Part shown: positions 34,993 through 42,789 of the stretch, in pieces
Layout of the letters: each line of letters opens with the position of its first letter
How positions within the stretch are numbered: position 1 is the first letter of the stretch
Source: a virus
Taxonomy: Duplodnaviria; Caudoviricetes
Reading direction: 5' to 3' (one strand)
IMG/VR virus record: IMGVR_UViG_3300024331_000001
Coordinates: 1 to 50,310 of that record
Length of the DNA stretch: 50,310 nt
Made by a program: the position numbers and the translations under genes
The notes under the pieces: model-generated
What the model saw: only the letters and a program-made list of their open reading frames with translations
Database searches by the model: none
Told to the model about the DNA's origin: nothing

Positions 34993-35717
34993 GGTAAGCC
35001 GAGCATCCCCTTTACCTTCTCTTCGTCTCTATCGTAGATATGGAGCGAATGAGCGAGGTGTGTATATGTACCTTTCTGCAAATCAGGATAATGGGATCTA
35101 AGCTCAGCCACCATACGATCAAGCAGCGAGCAGAACCACGGAAGGTCATAAACCAGACCAAGAACTAGATCATTTGATCGCATAACAATAGTCAGATGCA
35201 GTTTGTTTTCACGGATAAGAAAATTCCCGTGCATGGTGCAGACCTGATCTTTGTTACCCCACCACTGATGGTCAGGCAACGAGAACCTAACGAATGCCTG
35301 GCGAGTATCTTTGTCCTTGATTAGGCTTTGCTTAGCCCATTCCCATTGCGTGTCATGGCTTCGGCATGATCTATTCTTCCAAATTAGGAAGCCATAGGCC
35401 GAATTGATTGTACCATCTTCGTTGGCTATCTTACGCCAAAAGCTGCTGGCCTTTTCAAAGTCCTCAACGCGATTGGTACCCAGATCGTAGAGAGCCATTT
35501 CTTTGAGAGTATAATCGCGGATGACTTGATTACGCTCGTTGTCCAATGTCGCGATAGGATCAGACGTAGGATTTGATACGGTGAACATATAGTCAAGACA
35601 TTCGCGAATCGGCAAACCTCTTGGAGCTGATTTATAATCAGGACTATAATAAACGTCCGTAAGAGCCTCAAGATACGCTTCACTTGGTGAACTATAAACT
35701 CTCCGAGTTATGCGCAT
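34989..35717 (-). CDS. Thymidylate synthase-superfamily enzyme, dCMP hydroxymethylase-like
   Basis: INSAYG, DTRQA, DQVCT, MRSNDLVLGLVYD (Asp at the base-specificity site), SLHIY. Confidence 0.8.
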   Translation of the reverse strand: MRITRRVYSSPSEAYLEALTDVYYSPDYKSAPRGLPIRECLDYMFTVSNPTSDPIATLDNERNQVIRDYTLKEMALYDLGTNRVEDFEKASSFWRKIANEDGTINSAYGFLIWKNRSCRSHDTQWEWAKQSLIKDKDTRQAFVRFSLPDHQWWGNKDQVCTMHGNFLIRENKLHLTIVMRSNDLVLGLVYDLPWFCSLLDRMVAELRSHYPDLQKGTYTHLAHSLHIYDRDEEKVKGMLGLP

Positions 35718-36601
35718 GCTACTACCTCTTTGAATTGGGCTACGTATTCCCCTTTTTGCTTTGACTTAAATCGTTTGACAAACTGCGGGTGATGGAAAGC
35801 ATAGTAATGAAGACCAAAACTAGTTAATTTCTCCGCTGCTTTACGGCCAAGCGCCATAAATATGGTCCTGTCCGTATTGGCGAGTCTATACGCTTCTTCT
35901 TTGGTTAACTTATCAGCGTTACAAATATACACAGCTTTTTCTGGCACGTTAGCGGCTTTAAAAGTGTCTAGCAAGAATTGAGATGACACGCCTTTATCGA
36001 ACGGGAGATTACGCCAGGTTACGTTCTTGTTGACCTGTTCTCCGACGAAGACAATCTTAGAACCGGTGATGGTACCTATGCCTGAATACTTGGCCGGCGT
36101 ACCCAACGACTGCTGAATTTTCCGCAGATCATTGACGATCTTACGAATGCTATCAAGCGATGAACCATCGTACCGAATAACAGGACCGGCATTCGTTAAG
36201 GGGAAAACCTTTGCGAATCCTTCGGCTGCGGCGGCGTTCTGTTTTGTGTCAACGACTTCATGCTCTGTACTGTGGAGTAATCGTTCATTCGCTAGCGCCA
36301 TGTTCGTGACAGCATGGATAAGGATGGTCTGCTTCAATCGCATAACTCGTTCGATAGTCACCAGCTCCAACGGTGTGATTCCAGCCTTACCACGAAACAT
36401 TGGACCATAAACGAGCTCGCCTAGATGAAACCGATCGCAAACCGTGGGACGTTTGAGCGCTAATAGAAAATCGATATATTCGTCGGCAGGCGATCCCTTA
36501 GGTGCGCTAAAATGCTTGTATTCAAAGCCTAACTGCTTGGATATAGCGGTAGCCAACGTAGTCTTGCCTGTCTTGTCTGGACCTTCAATGACGATCAACA
36601 T
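35708..36601 (-). CDS. dNMP (thymidylate-like) kinase fused to a uracil-DNA glycosylase-superfamily domain
   Basis: IEGPDKTGKTT P-loop, DRFHLGELVYG; C-terminal IVFVGEQ...PF...YICNA...ALGRKA...HHPQF. Confidence 0.75.
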   Translation of the reverse strand: MLIVIEGPDKTGKTTLATAISKQLGFEYKHFSAPKGSPADEYIDFLLALKRPTVCDRFHLGELVYGPMFRGKAGITPLELVTIERVMRLKQTILIHAVTNMALANERLLHSTEHEVVDTKQNAAAAEGFAKVFPLTNAGPVIRYDGSSLDSIRKIVNDLRKIQQSLGTPAKYSGIGTITGSKIVFVGEQVNKNVTWRNLPFDKGVSSQFLLDTFKAANVPEKAVYICNADKLTKEEAYRLANTDRTIFMALGRKAAEKLTSFGLHYYAFHHPQFVKRFKSKQKGEYVAQFKEVVACA

Positions 36602-36827
36602 GTTTGTCTCCTGTATACGGTGGTGGTTCACAATCTTTGTGTCGAATAAGCCCACCTATGCCAATCCATCTGCCCGCGTCTTTAACGAACGAGACGCTCA
36701 TGCCGCAAATATAACATTGTTGCCACAGCTTCTCCCCGTTCTCCAGAGCGCAAGGCTTATCAATAAACTCTGTCGCCGTACCTTTGAATAGTTCCGGATA
36801 AATGGGATGAGTATACGTAGCCATCAC
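36585..36827 (-). CDS. Small zinc-binding hypothetical protein
   Basis: CYIC...HKDC. Confidence 0.55.
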   Translation of the reverse strand: MMATYTHPIYPELFKGTATEFIDKPCALENGEKLWQQCYICGMSVSFVKDAGRWIGIGGLIRHKDCEPPPYTGDKHVDRH

Positions 36828-37174
36828 TCTTTATCTACCTCTTGTTTGATGACATTATACGCGGCCATATTGGACTTGCACCATTTGACGATGCGCGCTT
36901 CACACTGGCGAATCTGAGTCTCAATGGTTGTGCGCTTCTTACCCAGTTTTATGGCAATCTCATCCTGCGTGAGCCGATCATAGTTGTATAGATGCCAAAC
37001 CTTACGTTGCTTCGGCGTGAGATATCTTACCGCTTGACGGATCATGACTTCTTCAGGTCGAGGATGTTCGTTATTCTGCGGTTCCGGCGCCAGCAGTTCC
37101 TCTTCAGGAAACGCTTTAAGGCTTATGCCAATTGGATTACGAATTGGGATGAACTCCCTACGTTTACGCCCCAT
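36824..37174 (-). CDS. Stand-alone sigma-70/ECF region-4-like HTH protein
   Basis: LTPKQRKVWHL...LTQDEIAIKLG..RTTIETQIRQ; no region 2. Confidence 0.75.
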   Translation of the reverse strand: MGRKRREFIPIRNPIGISLKAFPEEELLAPEPQNNEHPRPEEVMIRQAVRYLTPKQRKVWHLYNYDRLTQDEIAIKLGKKRTTIETQIRQCEARIVKWCKSNMAAYNVIKQEVDKE

Positions 37175-37493
37175 ACGCACCTCTCTCTATAAGTAGCCCT
37201 TTTTGGACTATAGTTTTGTGCAAACATTTGCGAAGTTTTTTAACCAATGCTATATCCCAGTTGATTTTATCAACCGTTTCTATCCTCATTATTTCTACGT
37301 CAAGGCCCAATCCTCTCTTCAGCGCTTCATGCATCTTCGCTTGCCTCGCGCTTATTTTATCGAATGGCGTTTTTAACTCAATGAGTCTTACGACGCCATC
37401 TTTAATAGTCAGGAAGTCTGGCCATCCTCCACGAAACACTTCGTACCCATCTTTCCGCAACGCATCGTATATTCTTTGTTCATTTTTATTCAT
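37164..37493 (-). CDS. VRR-NUC-type PD-(D/E)XK nuclease
   Basis: GWPDFL...LIELKT...SARQ. Confidence 0.8.
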   Translation of the reverse strand: MNKNEQRIYDALRKDGYEVFRGGWPDFLTIKDGVVRLIELKTPFDKISARQAKMHEALKRGLGLDVEIMRIETVDKINWDIALVKKLRKCLHKTIVQKGLLIERGAYGA

Positions 37494-37852
37494 GATGCCC
37501 TCCCGATGCAGCGGATATGCTTACGTGGGCCTACTCTCCAGCCACCATAGGCTACACCATCTTTGATAGCCCAGGCGTGAGACCTAGACATGACAAGGAA
37601 CTTACCCTTAGGATTTTGCGCTAGAAATTGAGCATGAGTAATGTGACGAGTGATAGGAGAGTATATAGATATACCATATGCTAGCATAGCCTTAACACAT
37701 ATACGGTTAGGAGTTCCACATCGATTACGTCTACCTAAGCGTCTAAGCTTAGAGTGGACCTCAAAATAAGGCTTGTCTAAAACGTTAGCCAAAGCTTGGA
37801 CCATACAATCGTTCCTTTCAAGCATGTTTGGCTGGCTGATCTTGAATTCCAT
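37490..37852 (-). CDS. Hypothetical phage protein with Cys/His pair (possible papain-like fold)
   Basis: NDCMVQALA...SHAWAIKDG; GAGGAGG RBS; first gene of the leftward arm. Confidence 0.6.
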   Translation of the reverse strand: MEFKISQPNMLERNDCMVQALANVLDKPYFEVHSKLRRLGRRNRCGTPNRICVKAMLAYGISIYSPITRHITHAQFLAQNPKGKFLVMSRSHAWAIKDGVAYGGWRVGPRKHIRCIGRAS

Positions 37853-37951
37853 CTTGTTGACCTCCTCATCATTTGACTATACTAACTGTAGTCCACCCAA
37901 TCCTATCTATGGAAGCAGAAAGACTGAACGCCTACTAACTAGCTCCCCTTA

Positions 37952-38000
37952 ATTCTACCAGGAGAAGCCCAAAAAGTAAATAGGTCATTCGGCCCTTTTT
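37952..38000 (-). promoter_or_regulatory. Sigma70-like promoter with conserved upstream element
   Basis: TTTACT-17 bp-TAGAAT with extended TG; preceded by AAAAGGGCCnnnTGACCTA. Confidence 0.7.
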
Positions 38001-38324
38001 TGCGGCAGACCATTAAGCTATTCGACTACAGTTGATTGTAAGCTGGGCTCTAAGGGATTGGTCCACCCTTTCGAGCCAAGAGTGATGAGCTCAAACAATC
38101 GGAAGGCCTGCGATGAACAGGTTTTACCTAACCTTGGACCCTTGTTTTGTGTACTCAGCAATTAGCCTTAAATCAAGCATAGAATTTAAGCTGAATTTCA
38201 TACATCAGCTTGACTCTAAACGATGCGTTAAATTCAGTCTAAAAGGTGATTGAGATAACCTAAAGAATCAATCTAATCATCTTTTAATCCAAACGGATAG
38301 CTGAGAGTGAGAGACTAACTCGCC

Positions 38325-38400
38325 ATGCAAACTTTTGTTGATCGATGCAAAGATTTGTAGTCAAATGTAAAAGTATATAACAGTTAACATGATTTTACAT
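38325..38400. repeat. Degenerate 20-bp-period repeats plus inverted repeat in the AT-rich divergent intergenic region
   Basis: ATGCAAA at 38325 and 38345, ATGTAAA at 38365; ATGTAAAA is inverted to TTTTACAT at 38393-38400. Confidence 0.5.
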
Positions 38401-38417
38401 AGCCTTTTGGAGGCTGA

Positions 38418-38708
38418 ATGTGCAGCGATTGCCGTGAAGCAAACCTTAAGCGTAAGCAGGCGCAATTCGACGAGCCGGTTGTTCGGCCGCTCAAGAAAGG
38501 CGGATACGCGTCGAAGAGCAAGAAGGTTTGGCGTGATCGGTACGAGGCAGCGAGGAAGAGCTTGAAGCAGGCGATTGAGTGGTACGCGCGAGCTCGTGAA
38601 CGTGGTTACGCTGACTCGTGGTTGTATGAACGCTTGAAGCGAGATAACTGGTGGGCGAAGAAGTACCGCGAGGCGAGAGCAAACGCTAAAGCACACGGTG
38701 CTATCTAA
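38418..38708 (+). CDS. Basic hypothetical protein
   Basis: 96 aa, GGAGG RBS, first gene of the rightward arm. Confidence 0.65.
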   Translation: MCSDCREANLKRKQAQFDEPVVRPLKKGGYASKSKKVWRDRYEAARKSLKQAIEWYARARERGYADSWLYERLKRDNWWAKKYREARANAKAHGAI

Positions 38709-38940
38709 AAATAAGCAAGCGCCCGCCGGGATCCGAGGGAGCTACCTCTCATTCTAATTATACCATGAGAACGCAGATTTGTACATAGGCTATTAGGCCT
38801 AATTTTAAAGATCGGGGGATCAGCATGATTATCTATGAATCGTTGCCTGAAGCTAACTTTCCAGAGCTTGAGGATAACGAATGGCCACACAGAGAAGAGA
38901 TGCGTCAGCAGGCCATCGCTCAGACGTATGGGTGGGCGTG

Positions 38941-39258
38941 ATGACTGAATCTAAAGGCATTCGATCGTTAGGCATCGTCATCTATCCTGATGGCTCGCAG
39001 GCTGAGGTCTTCAAGGTTGAGCTCAGCCATCCTATGTTCGTGTCGCTACGGAAGCCGCGTAGGTTAACGTTAGCGCCTTTTGGCTTACTGTTAGGACTCA
39101 TGCTTCTGATGCTATCAGGTTGCGTCCACCTTCAGATGGTAGGCGACAAGCCTATCTGTCAGCTGGACTACCAGTCTGGCATCAAGCACTGCGAGTACGA
39201 TACCTGGCAGGCTTGTCACGCTGACCTGCGAGATAAGAATCTGTGCTACCACCGATGA
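38941..39258 (+). CDS. Hypothetical membrane protein with lipobox-like LSGC
   Basis: Hydrophobic LLLGLMLLMLSGC followed by a Cys-rich tail; start uncertain. Confidence 0.45.
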   Translation: MTESKGIRSLGIVIYPDGSQAEVFKVELSHPMFVSLRKPRRLTLAPFGLLLGLMLLMLSGCVHLQMVGDKPICQLDYQSGIKHCEYDTWQACHADLRDKNLCYHR

Positions 39259-39617
39259 TTGGCTACTGCTGCGAGAATGGTAACTTTGAGGACTCACATG
39301 TCTGCATGAAGCAGCCGCAGGACAGCGGTCGACCTACGCTTACCGAGCCTAAGAACAAGGGTGGTCGTCCCAAAGGCTTTGATGGCACCCGCTCGAAGGC
39401 CAACAGCCATGTCGCCCAGGCGTTCAAACGGGTAGGCCTCGACTGGCGTGAGGACCTGGCGAAGGCCATCATGCGCAATGACCGACATCGGATTAAGCTC
39501 TGGCTCAAGCTCTTGCCTCATCTGATCGTCTCAAGCCGGAAGAGCAAGGTCAAACGGTGGAAGGGTAAGCCGTCCAAGGCAGCCATGATCGCCCTCGAGA
39601 CATTGGAGGGCAAGTGA
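39256..39617 (+). CDS. Possible terminase small subunit
   Basis: NKGGRPKG motif and helical basic body, upstream of TerL; start uncertain. Confidence 0.5.
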
Positions 39618-39946
39618 CGAGCCTGACGGTGGTCAGACGCTATGTAGACATGAATGGGCGTTACGTAGGCGAGCTCTACATGAACGGGACGATGATCGGC
39701 GCTTCGCTCGACAACCTGCCGCTGGAGTACGAGGGTGGTCGTCTATGGTTTTTGGATACCTGGCAGAGCTTCCTCAAGCCTCTGACCTGGCGTACGGTAC
39801 GGGTTGGTGGGACTGAGCCAGCCAACGATAAGGCAGCTCGGCAGAAGGTAAGAGGGAAGTTCTTTCCATTCACCGTTAAGCTGCATGTGGAGAACAGATT
39901 TGTCGCTGATGCGACCGACGTTGTGGGGAAGGGAGACGTACACTAA
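39614..39946 (+). CDS. Hypothetical protein resembling the DUF5675 N-terminus
   Basis: LTVVRRY...YVGELYMNG...SLD; lacks the His/Cys motif. Confidence 0.5.
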   Translation: MTSLTVVRRYVDMNGRYVGELYMNGTMIGASLDNLPLEYEGGRLWFLDTWQSFLKPLTWRTVRVGGTEPANDKAARQKVRGKFFPFTVKLHVENRFVADATDVVGKGDVH

Positions 39947-40095
39947 TGCTGATAATGATCGCGATTCAGATGCTGTTAGGCCTGATCGGTATGTCCGTGC
40001 AGGTCGTGTTCTACGCTACAACCGCTTACTGGGTTGCTAAGATGGCGCGTAAGGGTTGGAAGGACGGTAGTAAATAAAGGTTATCGGGGGCTGTA

Positions 40096-40479
40096 ATGTT
40101 AGGTCATGATTTTACAGACATGCCGTGCAAGAACGTGGGTGAATACCCGCTTGAGATCGCGCTCCAGCTTCGTTGCAGGTGGTGCATGAAGACGCCGATG
40201 AAGGCGCGAGAGGACGGCTGTCCGATCCATGAGCTGGAAGAGCACGGTTCAATCTTACTGAGCGCGTTTAACCCAGGCGGTGTGATGCATTTTCACGGGC
40301 GCAAGTGCGTAACATGCGATGGACCGATCATGGGCCATTGGTTACGTAAAGGTTCTCAGCATTACTGGTGCTATGAGATGGGTCATCATCTAGACCTCCA
40401 GTTCAGTGAAGGCATCAACGATTGCGTATATGACGTTGAAGGCATGGTTGTGCCGCCAGAACCATGCCAGCCTCAATGA
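40096..40479 (+). CDS. Cys/His-rich hypothetical protein
   Basis: CRWC, CVTC, GGGGG RBS. Confidence 0.6.
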   Translation: MLGHDFTDMPCKNVGEYPLEIALQLRCRWCMKTPMKAREDGCPIHELEEHGSILLSAFNPGGVMHFHGRKCVTCDGPIMGHWLRKGSQHYWCYEMGHHLDLQFSEGINDCVYDVEGMVVPPEPCQPQ

Positions 40480-40561
40480 GTTGTCCTTGGTGCAAGCGAC
40501 ATATAGTCAAAGAGAAGCCTGAAGACTCATTCTTCTGCGCTTGGTGCGGATGGGGGGAGAG

Positions 40562-40963
40562 ATGGATCAGATAAAGAATAGCCAATTTGACATACCGTTT
40601 TTCGTGGACGACACGAATCCGCCCGATCATAAATGCGGTGGGTGTGAGCATAGGATTAAAATGGCCGATGGTTCGTATACATGCCTATTGGTAAAGCAGA
40701 ATATCAGTTTAAAACGTGGAACATGTCTGCTTTGGGAGAAGGGACCGGAAAAGTATAAACCGGAAGATATCAAGCCTTCGCGTTCTACGCCCGAGACAGC
40801 GGGATATATTGAAGCGGATTTGGTTAATTGTAGCACGTGCGATCATTATTCGGCTGGTAACTGTCTATTATGGACCGGCAAAGTGAAGCCTGGGCAATGC
40901 TGTGACGTGTGGGAACACACAGACAAGCCGATCATCGGATTTGATAAGCCGTACCAAGAGTAA
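40562..40963 (+). CDS. Protein with two tandem HiPIP-like four-Cys repeats
   Basis: CGGC...C...GTCLLW and CSTC...C...GQCCDVW. Confidence 0.55.
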   Translation: MDQIKNSQFDIPFFVDDTNPPDHKCGGCEHRIKMADGSYTCLLVKQNISLKRGTCLLWEKGPEKYKPEDIKPSRSTPETAGYIEADLVNCSTCDHYSAGNCLLWTGKVKPGQCCDVWEHTDKPIIGFDKPYQE

Positions 40964-40988
40964 ATAATAACTAATCGGGGGTAATACA

Positions 40989-41288
40989 ATGAACGAACAA
41001 GCACAAGTGAATCCAAACGCAGAGCAGGACGCGCGCAAGCGCCAGTTGCAAGACGTGGAAGCGGTACGGGACCTGTTTGCCCGTTCGCATGACTATATCG
41101 CGCAGGCGACGTATCCTGGACACATGGGACAGAAGATCGCTGAGGTGTTAAACTTCTTAGCGTTCCAGCACAATGACTTTAAAATCCGCGGTGAGAACCT
41201 GAAGAAGCAGATCGATAGCGTGGTTGACGTGAAGGCTGCCGAGGCGGTAGTGGCTGAGACATTAGCAACTGAAGCGCCGAAGGCTTAA
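40989..41288 (+). CDS. Hypothetical helical protein
   Basis: 99 aa, directly abuts TerL. Confidence 0.7.
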   Translation: MNEQAQVNPNAEQDARKRQLQDVEAVRDLFARSHDYIAQATYPGHMGQKIAEVLNFLAFQHNDFKIRGENLKKQIDSVVDVKAAEAVVAETLATEAPKA

Positions 41289-42770
41289 GTGACCGAAGAC
41301 CAGAAGGCTAAGGCTATCCTGGCCTCCTGGCAGACGGGACGGCTGTACGTTCATTTAAACCCGTCTCAGAAGAAGATATACGACCAGTTCAAGTTGACGG
41401 CTCCAGTCAATTCGAAGTTCGTCGTCAATTGTAGCCGCAAGATCGGGAAAAGTGTGCTAGGTATGTTTCTAGCTGCTGAGGTCTGTATCCAGAAGCCTAA
41501 AGCCTTGGTTGCATTCATCGCGCCGACCATTGACGACGTGCAGGAATACGTGCGGCAGCTCTACGATGTGGCCTTTGCGTCATGCCCAGATGAGCTCAAG
41601 CCGCGGTTGCTCAAGACCCAGATCAAGTTTGCCAATGGGTCTAAGATTCTGTTCCGAGGCGTTGGTAAAGGACAGGGAACAAGCTATAACAATCTCCGTT
41701 CCTTCGCCTTTGACCTTATCATCCTCGACGAAGCCGGCTTTTCAGCCAATCTAGATGAGATCGTAGACGGTGCTTTGCTGTCTACCCTTATCCCTCGGAA
41801 CGGCAATATGCTGTTGATGTCTACGCCTCCGGTGACTCCTGACCACGTGTTTAAGACCTACTGCGATCAGGCTCAACTTGAAGGCGCGTACATGGAACTG
41901 ACCATCCGCGACAGCCATTATCCGCTGGAATTACAGGATAAATTCATCAAGGACTTAGGAGGTATAACTTCCCACAAAGTGCAGAGAGAATTTTTCTGTA
42001 AGTTTGTGATCGATACGGACTTTCAGCTCTGTCCAGAATGGAAGCCTGAGTTTGAGCACGACTTAGCGCAGGACGATAATTTTAAGTACTGGTTCAAGTA
42101 TGAAGGCCTCGATCAAGGATGGACGGATAATTCAGTCTGCCTGTTCGGTTACGTCTGGCACCCGAAAGGAAGACCTTCACAGATTCACTTCGCGGATGAA
42201 GTATCCATGAAGAGTCCAGAGCAAACCACCGATCATTTGGCTCAAACGATTATAGCCAAAGAGCAGGAAGTGTTCGGAAAGCACGAGATCAAGCGGCGTA
42301 TTGCAGATAATAACACGCCTTCATTGCTTCAAGACTTCACGCTACGGCATAAGTTGTACTTCTATCCAGTAGAGAGCAAGACGTATCTGGACGTCATGGT
42401 ATCAGATGTTCGTGAGCTCGTGAAGGATCGCAGGGTTACAGCCAGTCCTAAATGTGTTCAGTTGATTGGATGCATGCGAAATGGTGTATGGACCAAGACC
42501 AAGGGCGGTACTAGAGGCAAGGAATTTTCACGCTCCAAGGCCTTCGGTCACTATGATGGTTTTGCTGCGGCTATGTATTTTATCCGTAGCGTAGACCTTT
42601 TAACGAACCCTCTTCCTCCAGAGTACAGGCACAACGAAGAGAACACCTTTATCCCCAAGAAGCTGTTGGAAGGTGACAAAGCCCAGACCGGCGAGATCAT
42701 AGGGGCTGGTTTAGACGCGGCAATGACAACAGATTTTAATGCTAAAGAACACGATCAAAGTTATGACTAA
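41289..42770 (+). CDS. terL: Terminase large subunit
   Basis: Walker A SRKIGKS, Walker B LIILDEAGF, coupling motif MSTP, nuclease GLDQG and HYDGF. Confidence 0.92.
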   Translation: MTEDQKAKAILASWQTGRLYVHLNPSQKKIYDQFKLTAPVNSKFVVNCSRKIGKSVLGMFLAAEVCIQKPKALVAFIAPTIDDVQEYVRQLYDVAFASCPDELKPRLLKTQIKFANGSKILFRGVGKGQGTSYNNLRSFAFDLIILDEAGFSANLDEIVDGALLSTLIPRNGNMLLMSTPPVTPDHVFKTYCDQAQLEGAYMELTIRDSHYPLELQDKFIKDLGGITSHKVQREFFCKFVIDTDFQLCPEWKPEFEHDLAQDDNFKYWFKYEGLDQGWTDNSVCLFGYVWHPKGRPSQIHFADEVSMKSPEQTTDHLAQTIIAKEQEVFGKHEIKRRIADNNTPSLLQDFTLRHKLYFYPVESKTYLDVMVSDVRELVKDRRVTASPKCVQLIGCMRNGVWTKTKGGTRGKEFSRSKAFGHYDGFAAAMYFIRSVDLLTNPLPPEYRHNEENTFIPKKLLEGDKAQTGEIIGAGLDAAMTTDFNAKEHDQSYD

Positions 42771-42789
42771 ATTTTCCAAGGGAGACTAA

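Noticed and set aside
34989-35717. Ordinary thymidylate synthase (thyA)
   Set aside because: It has VCT instead of the PCH motif and Asp instead of Asn at the specificity position, so the gene symbol was withheld.
37884-38033. Invertible promoter bounded by the 10-bp inverted repeat
   Set aside because: The repeat is short and no site-specific recombinase was recognised; there is no evidence of inversion without reads.
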